Of a stretch of DNA of 64,000 nt, positions 9,429 to 18,742 are shown in pieces. The notes under the pieces were generated by a model. That model saw only the letters and a program-made list of their open reading frames with translations, was not told the origin of the DNA and ran no database searches. The translations under genes and the position numbers were made by a program. This DNA comes from an uncultured Eubacteriales bacterium (GTDB lineage: Bacteria > Bacillota > Clostridia > Oscillospirales > Acutalibacteraceae): contig CAKVEA010000001.1 in assembly GCA_934728355.1 (NCBI GenBank), positions 412-64,411 of the forward strand. The letters are read 5' to 3'. The first letter of the stretch is position 1, and each line of letters opens with the position of its first letter.

Positions 9429-10793
9429 ATGATACATAAATTTAAATTTGAAAATACTAATTTTGTAATAGACGTAAATAGCGGATCAATTCATATAGTT
9501 GATGACGTTTTCTATGATATTCTTGATTTAATTCCCGGAAATTTTTTTGACTATACTAAATCATACATAATAAAAAAATTAGAAAATAAATATCCTTTAT
9601 CCGAAATAGAGGAAGCATATCAAGAAGCTTTTTCTCTTTATAAAGATGAAAAACTTTTTTCTAAAGACATCTATGAAAAAATTGTTTCTGAAAAAACAAT
9701 TTTATCTCCTATAAAAGCAGTGTGTTTAAATGTTGCTCATGATTGCAATCTAAAATGCAGTTATTGCTTTGCATCAAAAGGAGATTTCAAATGTAAAAGA
9801 GAATTAATGAGCCTCGAAACCGCAAAAAACACAGTAGACTTTTTAATTGCCAATTCAGGGAATATAAAAAATCTTGAAATGGATTTCTTTGGCGGTGAGC
9901 CTTTAATGAATTTTGAAGTAGTAAAAGAAACAGTAAAATATGCCAGAAGTATGGAAAAAATTCACGGAAAAAATTTCAGATTCACAATAACAACCAACGG
10001 TATACTTCTTGATGATGAAAAAATAGATTTTATAAATAAAGAAATGTATGATGTTGTTCTTTCTTTAGACGGGAGAAAAGAAATAAACGACCTTTTCAGA
10101 TTAACAAAGGTCGGTACAGGATCATACGATTTGATTATTCCAAAATTTAAAAAACTAGTTTCACTAAGAGGTGAAAAACAATACTACGTAAGAGGAACAT
10201 ACACAAAGAAAAATCTAGATTTTTCTAAGGATGTCTTTCATATTTATAATTTAGGATTTAGTCAAATTTCCATGGAACCCGCACTTTCAAAAGAAGAATT
10301 TGGATTTGCAATAGATGAAAACGATTTACCCAAAGTACTCAAAGAACACGAACTTCTTTGCAAAAAACTTATAGAAATGAAAAAAAGTGGCAGCGACATA
10401 AATTTCTTTAATTTTAATATCAGTATAAATAACGGCCCTTGCATTTCAAAAAGATTGAAAGGATGCGGTTTCGGAAACGATTATATAGCGGTTACTCCAA
10501 GCGGAGATATATATCCTTGTCACCAATTAATAGGTGAAAATAACTTTTTAATGGGAAATGTAAATAAGAATTACTTTAATAATGAGCTTAAAAATGAATT
10601 CCTTAATTTAACTGTTTATCACAAAGAAAAATGTAAAAACTGCTGGGCTAAATTTTATTGCTGTGGAGGTTGCAGCTCTAAAAATTATCAATTCAACGGA
10701 AATTTAAAATCTCCGTTCAGTATTACGTGCGAACTTCAAAAGAAAAAAATAGAATGTTCCATTGCGTACAATGTTTTAAGCGGTAATGTTTAA
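9429..10793 (+). CDS. scfB: Radical SAM/SPASM peptide maturase of the SCIFF system
   Basis: 454 aa. N-terminus MIHKFKFENTNFVIDVNSGSIHIVDD is typical of ScfB. Radical SAM CNLKCSYC. Cys-rich C-terminal SPASM region (CGFGN..., CKNCWAKFYCCGGC). Confidence 0.9.
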   Translation: MIHKFKFENTNFVIDVNSGSIHIVDDVFYDILDLIPGNFFDYTKSYIIKKLENKYPLSEIEEAYQEAFSLYKDEKLFSKDIYEKIVSEKTILSPIKAVCLNVAHDCNLKCSYCFASKGDFKCKRELMSLETAKNTVDFLIANSGNIKNLEMDFFGGEPLMNFEVVKETVKYARSMEKIHGKNFRFTITTNGILLDDEKIDFINKEMYDVVLSLDGRKEINDLFRLTKVGTGSYDLIIPKFKKLVSLRGEKQYYVRGTYTKKNLDFSKDVFHIYNLGFSQISMEPALSKEEFGFAIDENDLPKVLKEHELLCKKLIEMKKSGSDINFFNFNISINNGPCISKRLKGCGFGNDYIAVTPSGDIYPCHQLIGENNFLMGNVNKNYFNNELKNEFLNLTVYHKEKCKNCWAKFYCCGGCSSKNYQFNGNLKSPFSITCELQKKKIECSIAYNVLSGNV

Positions 10794-10799
10794 AATCAT

Positions 10800-11567
10800 T
10801 TATTCTTTAATTTTAGATATTGCATTTTTTTCAAGTCTTGAAACCTGTGCTTGACTGATTCCTATTTTATTGGCAACTTCAATTTGAGTTTTTCCCTCTA
10901 AAAATCTTAGTGTAAGTATGCTTTTTTCTCTGTCGTTTAAATCATTTAGAGCTTGTTTTATAGATATTTCATCTATCCAATTTATATCATCGTTATTGTC
11001 TCCTATTTGATCCATAACATAAACAGTGTCTCCGTTGTTATCTGAAAAAATCGGTTCATCAAGAGAAATGGGCTCAACTATAGATTCAAGTGAAAGAACA
11101 ATAGATTCTTTGGATACACCCATTTCAACCGCTATTTCTTCTATTGTAGGTTCTCTGTTTTTATCATGTGTAAGTCTTTCTTTAATTTTCATGGCTTTAT
11201 ATGCAGTATCACGCATAGAACGACTAACCCGTACGGAGTTATTGTCTCTTAAATATCTTCTTATTTCCCCTATTACCATTGGTACTGCATATGTTGAAAA
11301 TCTAACATTTTGATTTACATCAAAATGATCAATTGATTTTATTAATCCTATACATCCGATTTGGAATAAATCTTCAAGAGCTTCCCCTCGACCGGTAAAT
11401 CTGTGTACTATACTTAAAACAAGTCTTAGATTGCCATTTATAAGTTTTTCTCGTGCGTATTTGTCTCCGGTTTTAACTTTTTTCAGAAGTTCAATTTTTT
11501 CTTTTTCCGGCAAAAGTTTTAAATCAGAAGTATTTACTCCGCAAAGCTTGACTTTACTATATTGCAT
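10800..11567 (-). CDS. sigG: Sporulation sigma factor SigG (forespore, late)
   Basis: Near-colinear with B. subtilis SigG as I recall it (KVKLCGV..., REKLINGNLRLVLSIVHRF, FSTYAVPMVIGEIRRYLRDNNSVRVSRS, ISQAQVSRLEK). Start set at MQYSKV (ATG 11567) with GGGGGA 10 nt upstream. Confidence 0.85.
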   Translation of the reverse strand: MQYSKVKLCGVNTSDLKLLPEKEKIELLKKVKTGDKYAREKLINGNLRLVLSIVHRFTGRGEALEDLFQIGCIGLIKSIDHFDVNQNVRFSTYAVPMVIGEIRRYLRDNNSVRVSRSMRDTAYKAMKIKERLTHDKNREPTIEEIAVEMGVSKESIVLSLESIVEPISLDEPIFSDNNGDTVYVMDQIGDNNDDINWIDEISIKQALNDLNDREKSILTLRFLEGKTQIEVANKIGISQAQVSRLEKNAISKIKE

Positions 11568-11739
11568 GATTATTTTATCCCCCGCTTCCAATGCTTTCCA
11601 TATCATTATTGACAGAAAAATAAAAATTCATTCAGTATAGTAAAAATTAACTTTATAATTTTATCCTTTTTCAATAAAGTACCGCATATAGTTTATAGAA
11701 ATAAAATTTTAAAGAAAAAGGAGCAAGCGGACACAACCT

Positions 11740-12897
11740 ATGAGGAAGATCATTAATTTTAAAAAAATTTATAAAAGTTTACTTATCTCTATTATTTTTA
11801 TTTTTATATTAAAATCAGATGTAAAATCGATTGATGTTTCAGCAAAATCGGCAATTTTAGTTTGTGCTGACTCAGGGTGCCAAGTATGGAGCAAAAACGA
11901 AAACGAGCCTCTTCCAATGGCAAGTACAACAAAAATCATGACTTCTATATTAGCACTTGAAGAATGTAGTGCTCACGGAAATAAAGAAATAGAAATTACT
12001 CCCGAAATGATTAGGGTAGAAGGTACTTCAATGGGTCTTCAAGCAGGAGACATTGTTAGTTTAGAATCTCTTGCAAAAGGTATGCTTTTATGTTCCGGAA
12101 ACGATGCTGCAAACGCTGCATCAATAGCAATTTCGGGTGATACAAAACAATTTGTAAATCTAATGAATGAAAAAGCTAAACTTCTAGGAATGAAAGACAC
12201 AAAATTTTCAACTCCTTCAGGACTTGATAAAGACAATCATCATTCTACCGCAAGAGATATGGCTTTGTTAGGTGCTTATGCTATGGAAAATGAATCTTTT
12301 GCAAAAATAGTATCTCAAAAAAGTATGCCTGTAAAATTTATAAACCCTTCAAAAACAGTAAATTTTAAAAATCACAATAAACTTTTACGACTTTATCCAA
12401 ACTGTATCGGAATAAAAACCGGATTCACAAAACTTGCAGGAAGATGTCTTGTTTCATGTGCTCAAAAAGACGGAATTAAACTTGTTTGCGTTACTCTTAA
12501 TGCCCCAAACGACTGGGATGATCACATTTCTCTTTATAATTATGGATTTCAAAATACAAAAATAAAAACTTTTAACGATAAAAATTTTAAATCACTTATT
12601 AAAATTACAAATGGCGAGAAAGAAGATGTCTCTGTAGAAGCTTTAAAAGACTTTTCAATTAGTTTAAATTCAGAAAAAGAGAATCTTATTGAAAGAAAAG
12701 TAGATATTCCTCAGTCTCATGATGCACCGATTGAAAAAGGTCAAGTAGTAGGAAAAATAATTTATTATTTAGAAGGTAAATCTATAGGAGAAAACGACAT
12801 AGTAGCATCTGAGACAGTTAGTGAAAAAAAGATTGAAAAAAAAGGAATAATAGGCAGTATAGTTGAATTTTTTAAAAATTTTTTCAAAAAACAATAG
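11740..12897 (+). CDS. Serine-type D-alanyl-D-alanine carboxypeptidase (PBP5/DacB/DacF family)
   Basis: 385 aa. Signal peptide. SxxK (ASTTK), SxN (CSGND) and KTG (IKTGFT) motifs. C-terminal PBP5_C-like region. Confidence 0.85.
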   Translation: MRKIINFKKIYKSLLISIIFIFILKSDVKSIDVSAKSAILVCADSGCQVWSKNENEPLPMASTTKIMTSILALEECSAHGNKEIEITPEMIRVEGTSMGLQAGDIVSLESLAKGMLLCSGNDAANAASIAISGDTKQFVNLMNEKAKLLGMKDTKFSTPSGLDKDNHHSTARDMALLGAYAMENESFAKIVSQKSMPVKFINPSKTVNFKNHNKLLRLYPNCIGIKTGFTKLAGRCLVSCAQKDGIKLVCVTLNAPNDWDDHISLYNYGFQNTKIKTFNDKNFKSLIKITNGEKEDVSVEALKDFSISLNSEKENLIERKVDIPQSHDAPIEKGQVVGKIIYYLEGKSIGENDIVASETVSEKKIEKKGIIGSIVEFFKNFFKKQ

Positions 12898-12917
12898 AAA
12901 GAGAGAAGTAAAAAATA

Positions 12918-13625
12918 ATGGATAAAATAGTTCTTCAAAAATTCATGGCAAATGCAGGTATTAATTCAAGAAGAAAATGTGAAGAATTAATATCCCAAGG
13001 AAAAGTAAGAGTAAATGGAAAAGTTGCAAGTTTAGGTACTCGAGTTTCACCTTCATCGGACACAATAATATTTGAAGGAAAAAAAATAGAGCTTAAAAAC
13101 ACAAATAAAATCTATATTATGATTTATAAACCCCGTGGGTTTATAACTACTTTAAGTGATGAACATGGCAGAAAATGTATCCTAGAACTCGTTAAAGACA
13201 TTCCGGAAAGAATCTTTCCAGTAGGAAGACTCGATAAAAATTCCGAAGGTTTACTTTTAATGACTAACGATGGAGATTTTGCAAATAAAGTTATTCATCC
13301 TTCAAAAAATATAAGAAAATCTTATCGTGTAACTATAAAATCAAATATAACAGAAGATCAGTTGATAAATTTATCATCTCAAACAGATCTAGATGGTGAA
13401 GAGATTCAACCTGCAATAATTGAAGTTTTATCTAAAAGTCCGGAAAGAACAGTGCTTAAAATTTCGATTAAAGAAGGAAAAAACCGACAAATCCGCAAAA
13501 TGTGCGAAAAAGTCGGTTTAGAAGTTGCAAGACTTAAAAGAATTTCCATAGGTCAACTAAAGCTTGGTATGCTCTCACCAGGTAAATGGAGAAATCTAAC
13601 AAAACAAGAGATAAATTACTTTTAA
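12918..13625 (+). CDS. rluB: rRNA pseudouridine synthase, RsuA/RluB family
   Basis: 235 aa. N-terminal S4 domain (LQKFMANAGINSRRKCEELI) and catalytic PVGRLDKNSEGLLLMTNDG. Confidence 0.85.
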   Translation: MDKIVLQKFMANAGINSRRKCEELISQGKVRVNGKVASLGTRVSPSSDTIIFEGKKIELKNTNKIYIMIYKPRGFITTLSDEHGRKCILELVKDIPERIFPVGRLDKNSEGLLLMTNDGDFANKVIHPSKNIRKSYRVTIKSNITEDQLINLSSQTDLDGEEIQPAIIEVLSKSPERTVLKISIKEGKNRQIRKMCEKVGLEVARLKRISIGQLKLGMLSPGKWRNLTKQEINYF

Positions 13626-13631
13626 TTTACT

Positions 13632-15692
13632 TTATTTTTTTATTATTGCACCAAACTTTTCTTCAAGTGATTTTATAAACTTTTCTTCTACCGCTTCAAC
13701 TTCTTCGGAAGTTAAGGTGGTATTTTTATCGCAATAATTTACCTCATAAAGAACAGCATGAACATTTTCAGGCATATTTTTATCTATATAAACATCTTTA
13801 ACTTCTACTTCTCTTATTATTTCAGATGTATTTTTAATATTTTCTGAAATTTGTTTAGAAGAAACATTTTTATTGTGAACAAAGTTATAAAGTCTTTTAA
13901 CAGGAGGAAATTTAGATTCAAATTTAAGTTTTTTATCTTTTAGTTCTAAGCCTGCTATACTGAATTCACAATAAAAGATATCATCTTTAATTAATTTAAT
14001 ATTTTTTATTAAACTAAATCTTTTTTTGTTGAGTTGGGCAACAAATCCAATTCTTTTACCATTAACCATTATCTCAAATGCTGTTTTATCGACGGCAAAA
14101 TCGTATTTTACTTCTTTTAATTCATATTTTTGTCCCAAAGAATTCATGAGAGTATCTAAATATGAAATAAGATCATAGTAATCATATTTTATATCCTTGG
14201 ATTGACCCCAACCTTTAGGAATTTTTATCCCAGACATTATGAATCCGCAATTATCTATTTCTTTGTATCCCGTATCAGTAGTACTGTCTTTGAAATAAGT
14301 CCTTCCAATTTCAAAAATAGCTAAATCAGTATTTCTTATAGAGTAATTGTAGCTAAGGCAGTTTGCAAGCGAATAAACAAGGGTTGGACGCATAAGACTA
14401 TAAGCTTTTGAAATGGGATTTTGAATCATAACACTTGAATTTATTAAATCTTGATTTCTTATCCCAAGCTCGCTAATAGTATTTTCAGGAATAAAAGAGT
14501 AATTTATGGTTTCTGAAAATCCAAGATTTAAAAGAAGATTCCTTAATTTGCTTATTTTATTCCAAATTTCATTTTTTTTGCGGGTTATCTGAATTGTAGG
14601 CATAACAATTGGAATATTTTCATAACCACAAATTCTGGAAAGTTCACTGATTAAATCAATTTCTTTACATGTTGTAATTCTATAACTCGGAATAGTTACT
14701 TCTATATTCTCTTTGTTTAGAATATTACATTCAAATCCATATTTTTCAAGGTATTTTAAAACTGCTTCCATTTCAAGATTAGTTCCTAAAACTGAATTTG
14801 CTTTTTCTAAGTTTAAGTTTATCTTATTAAGCTCTTTTGGATTAGGATAATAATCGAAAGCTTCCGAACAAATTTCTCCTCCGCAAATTTCAGTTATCAT
14901 TTTGGCACAATGATTTAAAACGTTAATTGTGTTTTCAATGTCGACTCCTCTTTCGAATCTAAAAGACGAAGGAGTTGAAATTCTAAGTCTTCTTGAAGAA
15001 AGTCTGACACTTACAGAATCAAAAACCGCTGCTTCAATTAAAACATTTTTAGTCTCTGAAGAAACACAAGCAGAACTCAAACCAATTATTCCCGCAACGC
15101 AAACTGCTTTTTCATCATCAGAAATAATTATATCACCTTTTTTAATTTCTGCATTTCCGGTTAAAGTTTCCATTTCAAAATCTCTTTCAGACTTCGATAC
15201 ACTTAATTTTTCCCCTTTGACATTATCTAAATCATAGCAATGCAGAGGTTGATTCAAATCAAGCATAACATAATTAAGTATATTTACAACCGGGTTTAAA
15301 GTGTTTATCCCCAAAGCTTTTAAACGAGATTCTATATACGAAGGAGTTTCAACATTATTATTAACATTTTTAATTTTTATAGCTGTAAATCTTTGGCAAA
15401 TATCGCTGTTTTCAATATTTATATCGTATTTACTATTGTCAATTTTAAAGTTGGATTTTTCAACAGAGGGTAATACTTCATTTTTGTATGCACTTATTTC
15501 ACGTGCAATTCCCATATGACAAAGCATATCCGGGCGATCTGCTTTAACCTCGATTTCTGTAACTGTATCGTCTCCTACTTTTTCTTCTCCTTGAAATTCA
15601 AATCCTTGAAGTTTCAAAATATTTAAGATTTGTTCTTTGCTAATATCTTTACCGCAATAATCTTTAAGCCAATTAAGTGAAAATTTAAACAT
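13632..15692 (-). CDS. pheT: Phenylalanine-tRNA ligase beta subunit, short form lacking the B2 OB-fold tRNA-binding domain
   Basis: 686 aa. N-terminus MFKFSLNWLKDY. B3/4, B5, core and C-terminal FDX-ACB-like regions are present. Immediately downstream of pheS. Confidence 0.9.
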   Translation of the reverse strand: MFKFSLNWLKDYCGKDISKEQILNILKLQGFEFQGEEKVGDDTVTEIEVKADRPDMLCHMGIAREISAYKNEVLPSVEKSNFKIDNSKYDINIENSDICQRFTAIKIKNVNNNVETPSYIESRLKALGINTLNPVVNILNYVMLDLNQPLHCYDLDNVKGEKLSVSKSERDFEMETLTGNAEIKKGDIIISDDEKAVCVAGIIGLSSACVSSETKNVLIEAAVFDSVSVRLSSRRLRISTPSSFRFERGVDIENTINVLNHCAKMITEICGGEICSEAFDYYPNPKELNKINLNLEKANSVLGTNLEMEAVLKYLEKYGFECNILNKENIEVTIPSYRITTCKEIDLISELSRICGYENIPIVMPTIQITRKKNEIWNKISKLRNLLLNLGFSETINYSFIPENTISELGIRNQDLINSSVMIQNPISKAYSLMRPTLVYSLANCLSYNYSIRNTDLAIFEIGRTYFKDSTTDTGYKEIDNCGFIMSGIKIPKGWGQSKDIKYDYYDLISYLDTLMNSLGQKYELKEVKYDFAVDKTAFEIMVNGKRIGFVAQLNKKRFSLIKNIKLIKDDIFYCEFSIAGLELKDKKLKFESKFPPVKRLYNFVHNKNVSSKQISENIKNTSEIIREVEVKDVYIDKNMPENVHAVLYEVNYCDKNTTLTSEEVEAVEEKFIKSLEEKFGAIIKK

Positions 15693-15710
15693 TAATATAC
15701 TCCTCCTTTC

Positions 15711-16712
15711 TTAAAGCTGACGCCATAAACTGATGTCATTTTCATAAAATTTACGAATTTCGGTAAGACTATAATATATAAGTGCTAATCTGTTAAGACC
15801 TAGACCAAAAGCAAATCCTGTATATTTTGAAGAATCATATCCAACACCTTCCAAAACATTTGGGTGGACCATTCCTGAGCCAAGAACAGTAATCCATCCG
15901 GAATTTTTGCAAACGCGACATCCTTTTTTCCCGCAAGAGGGGCAAGATATATCTACTGCTGCACTCGGTTGAGTATAAGGATAATAACTTGGTCTGAATC
16001 TAACCTGAATACTTTCACCGAAAACCTCTTTCATTAAATTTATTAAAACAGCTTTCAAATTAGAGAATGAAATTTTTTCAGCTACCATAAGACCTTCAAC
16101 CTGATAAAACATAGGTGTATGCTGAGGATCTATATCATCAACTCTGTAGACCGTACCGGGAGATATTACTTGTATAGGGGGGTTATCTTTTAGCATAGTT
16201 CTGATTTGAACAGAAGAAGTGTGAGATCTGAGTAAAATATTCGGTACATTAATATAGAAAGTATCTTGCATATCTCTTGCCGGATGGTGAGGAGGCATAT
16301 TAAGCATCTCAAAATTATATTTATCCAGTTCTATTTCAGGTCCTTGAACAACAGAAAATCCCATCGAAACCAATATTTCTTCTATTTTTTTATAAAACTT
16401 CATTAAAGGATGTTCAGAGGCTAAATTGATTGTGTTTTTGTGAATAGTAACATCATATGAAGAAAAATTTTCACCAATTTGGAATTTAGCCTGTGCATCC
16501 GAAATTTTTGATTCTGCATTTTTTTTGAAATCATTAATTTTCTTTCCTAAAGACTTTTTTTCTTCTGCATCGGAAATTTCTTTTAACTGAGAATAAAGTG
16601 ATTTAACATATTTTTTTAAATATGAATCTTTTATAGCTTCTAAATCTTTTGAATTTTTAACTTTTTCTAACTCGTTTGAAAGTAATTCGAGTTTTGAATC
16701 TAAATCTTTCAT
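15711..16712 (-). CDS. pheS: Phenylalanine-tRNA ligase alpha subunit
   Basis: 333 aa. Class II motifs (HPARDMQDTFY, FRPSYYPYTQPS, GFAFGLGLNRLA). Confidence 0.95.
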   Translation of the reverse strand: MKDLDSKLELLSNELEKVKNSKDLEAIKDSYLKKYVKSLYSQLKEISDAEEKKSLGKKINDFKKNAESKISDAQAKFQIGENFSSYDVTIHKNTINLASEHPLMKFYKKIEEILVSMGFSVVQGPEIELDKYNFEMLNMPPHHPARDMQDTFYINVPNILLRSHTSSVQIRTMLKDNPPIQVISPGTVYRVDDIDPQHTPMFYQVEGLMVAEKISFSNLKAVLINLMKEVFGESIQVRFRPSYYPYTQPSAAVDISCPSCGKKGCRVCKNSGWITVLGSGMVHPNVLEGVGYDSSKYTGFAFGLGLNRLALIYYSLTEIRKFYENDISLWRQL

Positions 16713-16755
16713 TTTACCTCCTAATTTACGTATATTTTAAAAAAATACTATTATT

Positions 16756-17943
16756 TTAATTTTTTGAAATTACTTCTTTAAGATCTTCCACCTTATCAAG
16801 CTTTTCCCAAGCAACATCCAAATCCTCTCTACCCATATGACCATATGAAGAAAGCTTTGAATATATCGGTAAATTAAGATTAAAATTCTTGATAATCGAT
16901 GATGGTCTTAAATCAAATACTTCTGATAGTACTTCTGATAAATATTCATCGGAAAAAGAAGATGTTCCAAAAGTGTCAACCATGACCGAAACAGGCTTAG
17001 AAACACCAATAGCATATGCTATTTGAACTTCACATTTATCAGCTATTCCTGCTGCGACTATATTTTTAGCAACATATCTCGCAGCATATGCACCTGACCT
17101 ATCCACTTTAGTTGGATCTTTACCAGAAAAAGCTCCACCTCCATGACGTGCATAACCACCATATGTATCAACTATAATTTTTCTTCCTGTGAGTCCGCTG
17201 TCTCCTGCAGGGCCGCCAACAACAAATCTTCCGGTTGGATTTACAAAAATTTTTGTTTTTTCATCAATTAAATTTGAAGGTATAGTTTTAAGAATAACTT
17301 TCTCGGTTATGTCGGATTTTATTGTTTCCAAATCAACATCATTTTTATGCTGAGATGAAACAACCACTGTGTCAATACGTACCGGTAATCCATCATCATA
17401 CTCAACTGTAACCTGAGTTTTGCCATCAGGTCTTAAATAATCTATAATATTTTCTCTTCTTACTTCCTCAAGTCTTTTAGCAAGTTTATGTGCAAGAGAA
17501 ATAGGAAGCGGCATAAATTCAGGAGTTTCTTTACAAGCAAATCCGAACATCATTCCTTGGTCTCCTGCTCCGATTAAACTCTCAGGGCTTTCATCTCCGT
17601 TTTTGCTTTCAATAGAATTGCAAACACCCATTGCAATGTCAGGAGATTGAGAATTTATTGAAATTATAACTCCGCAAGTATTTCCGTCAAATCCTGCATC
17701 AGAACTATTATATCCTACACTTTTAACAGCATTTCTAACTTCTTTTTCTATATCAACGTAACAATTGGTTGTAATTTCTCCCATAACATGTATAAGCCCC
17801 ATGGCTGCGGTTACTTCACAAGCAACATGAGCATTCGGATCTTTTTTTAAAATAGCATCAAGAATACTGTCGGATATTAAATCACAAAGTTTATCCGGGT
17901 GACCACAGGTAACAGATTCCGATGTAAATAATTTTTTTATCAT
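16756..17943 (-). CDS. metK: S-adenosylmethionine synthetase
   Basis: 395 aa. [20 protein letters not shown] and [19 protein letters not shown]. Confidence 0.97.
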   Translation of the reverse strand: MIKKLFTSESVTCGHPDKLCDLISDSILDAILKKDPNAHVACEVTAAMGLIHVMGEITTNCYVDIEKEVRNAVKSVGYNSSDAGFDGNTCGVIISINSQSPDIAMGVCNSIESKNGDESPESLIGAGDQGMMFGFACKETPEFMPLPISLAHKLAKRLEEVRRENIIDYLRPDGKTQVTVEYDDGLPVRIDTVVVSSQHKNDVDLETIKSDITEKVILKTIPSNLIDEKTKIFVNPTGRFVVGGPAGDSGLTGRKIIVDTYGGYARHGGGAFSGKDPTKVDRSGAYAARYVAKNIVAAGIADKCEVQIAYAIGVSKPVSVMVDTFGTSSFSDEYLSEVLSEVFDLRPSSIIKNFNLNLPIYSKLSSYGHMGREDLDVAWEKLDKVEDLKEVISKN

Positions 17944-17990
17944 CTTTAAGTAACCTCCATTTTAAAATTTCTACTTCTTATTATCTATTA

Positions 17991-18019
17991 ATTCTAACTC
18001 AAAAAGGAGCAATCGTCAA
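17991..18019 (-). promoter_or_regulatory. Sigma-A type promoter of metK(-pheST)
   Basis: On the minus strand, TTGACG, a 17-nt spacer, then TAGAAT. This leaves only about 40 nt of leader before the metK ATG. Confidence 0.55.
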
Positions 18020-18086
18020 CAAGAGCATAAATAAATATGCCCTACTGTGAGGTATAATTAAAAATATATATTTTTATTAATTTATA

Positions 18087-18114
18087 TTGACATATTTTAT
18101 TTAATATGTATAAT
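18087..18114 (+). promoter_or_regulatory. Near-consensus sigma-A promoter of the GG-leader peptide array
   Basis: TTGACA (18087-18092), a 16-nt spacer ending in TG, then TATAAT (18109-18114). Confidence 0.65.
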
Positions 18115-18148
18115 ATAGTAGTGAATTTAATTTTAGGAGGTATAAAAA

Positions 18149-18436
18149 ATGGAAAAAAACAAAAATTCAAGAGAAAAATTAAATGAACAACAGTCAGAAA
18201 AAATTTCCGGAGGATTCATTCGAAACCGAGAGGATGGAATATTTATAGATAAGGAAAGTGGAAATAAATATAAATCATACTGCGATTTTTGCGGTAGAGA
18301 AATAGAAGGCCGAGGTGCGTTTTTAGTACCCGGAAGACGAACTGCATGTATATATTGCTATGAGAAACTTAATAAAATGAATCCTAATGATTTCAAAGCT
18401 GACCTTTCTGACCTTTCTAACAACGAATTCGCATAA
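18149..18436 (+). CDS. Double-glycine-leader small protein with a CxxC-x18-CxxC core (copy 1)
   Basis: 95 aa. Leader MEKNKNSREKLNEQQSEKISGG. Core has YCDFCGREIEGRGAFLVPGRRTACIYCYEKL. AGGAGG lies 8 nt upstream. Confidence 0.8.
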   Translation: MEKNKNSREKLNEQQSEKISGGFIRNREDGIFIDKESGNKYKSYCDFCGREIEGRGAFLVPGRRTACIYCYEKLNKMNPNDFKADLSDLSNNEFA

Positions 18437-18453
18437 ATAAGGAGGAAAATAAA

Positions 18454-18741
18454 ATGATAGAAAACGAAAACTTAAAAAAAGAATTAAATGAGGAAGAAAT
18501 GGATAAAGTTTCCGGAGGATTCACTAGAAACAACGATAATGGGGTATTTATAAACGAAGATGGAAAGAGATATAATTTATATTGCGATTATTGCAATAGA
18601 AAAATAAAAGACCGAGGTGCGTTTTCAACACCCAAAGGAAAACATGCTTGCATACGTTGTTATGAGAAACTTCACAAAACAGATGATGAATGGTTTGAAG
18701 GTTACCCTCATAGTCTGATTGACGACGAACTCGCATACTAA
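18454..18741 (+). CDS. Double-glycine-leader small protein with a CxxC-x18-CxxC core (copy 2)
   Basis: 95 aa. Leader MIENENLKKELNEEEMDKVSGG. Core has YCDYCNRKIKDRGAFSTPKGKHACIRCYEKL. AGGAGG lies 8 nt upstream. Confidence 0.8.
   Translation: MIENENLKKELNEEEMDKVSGGFTRNNDNGVFINEDGKRYNLYCDYCNRKIKDRGAFSTPKGKHACIRCYEKLHKTDDEWFEGYPHSLIDDELAY
18459..18491 (+). repeat. 33-nt segment identical to 18748-18780 (leader-coding DNA of copies 2 and 3)
   Basis: agaaaacgaaaacttaaaaaaagaattaaatga is present in both genes. Confidence 0.85.
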
Positions 18742-18742
18742 A

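Noticed and set aside
11568-11739. Possible SigF/SigG-type promoter (GAATG-17-CAATAAT) upstream of sigG
   Set aside because: The match to GHATR/CATNNTA is loose and such strings are frequent in AT-rich DNA. It is not reportable without a matrix score or TSS data.
13626-13631. Convergent stop codons only 6 nt apart (rluB/pheT here, scfB/sigG at 10794-10799) with no terminator hairpin
   Set aside because: Most simply explained by genome compaction. The sigG case is noted under findings, and the rluB/pheT case has no specific biological implication I can support.
16713-16755. T-box upstream of pheS, S-box upstream of metK (17944-18148), L-box upstream of aspartate kinase (62443-62503)
   Set aside because: The spacers are 43, about 40 (promoter to ATG) and 61 nt. 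These are too short, and they lack the conserved cores (GAGGGA/GCAACC, the T-box AGGGUGGNACCGCG motif, lysine-element helices).
16756-18436. Functional link between metK (SAM synthetase) and the adjacent peptide array
   Set aside because: The genes are divergently transcribed from separate promoters. No SAM-dependent enzyme is in the array, so the adjacency is probably coincidental.
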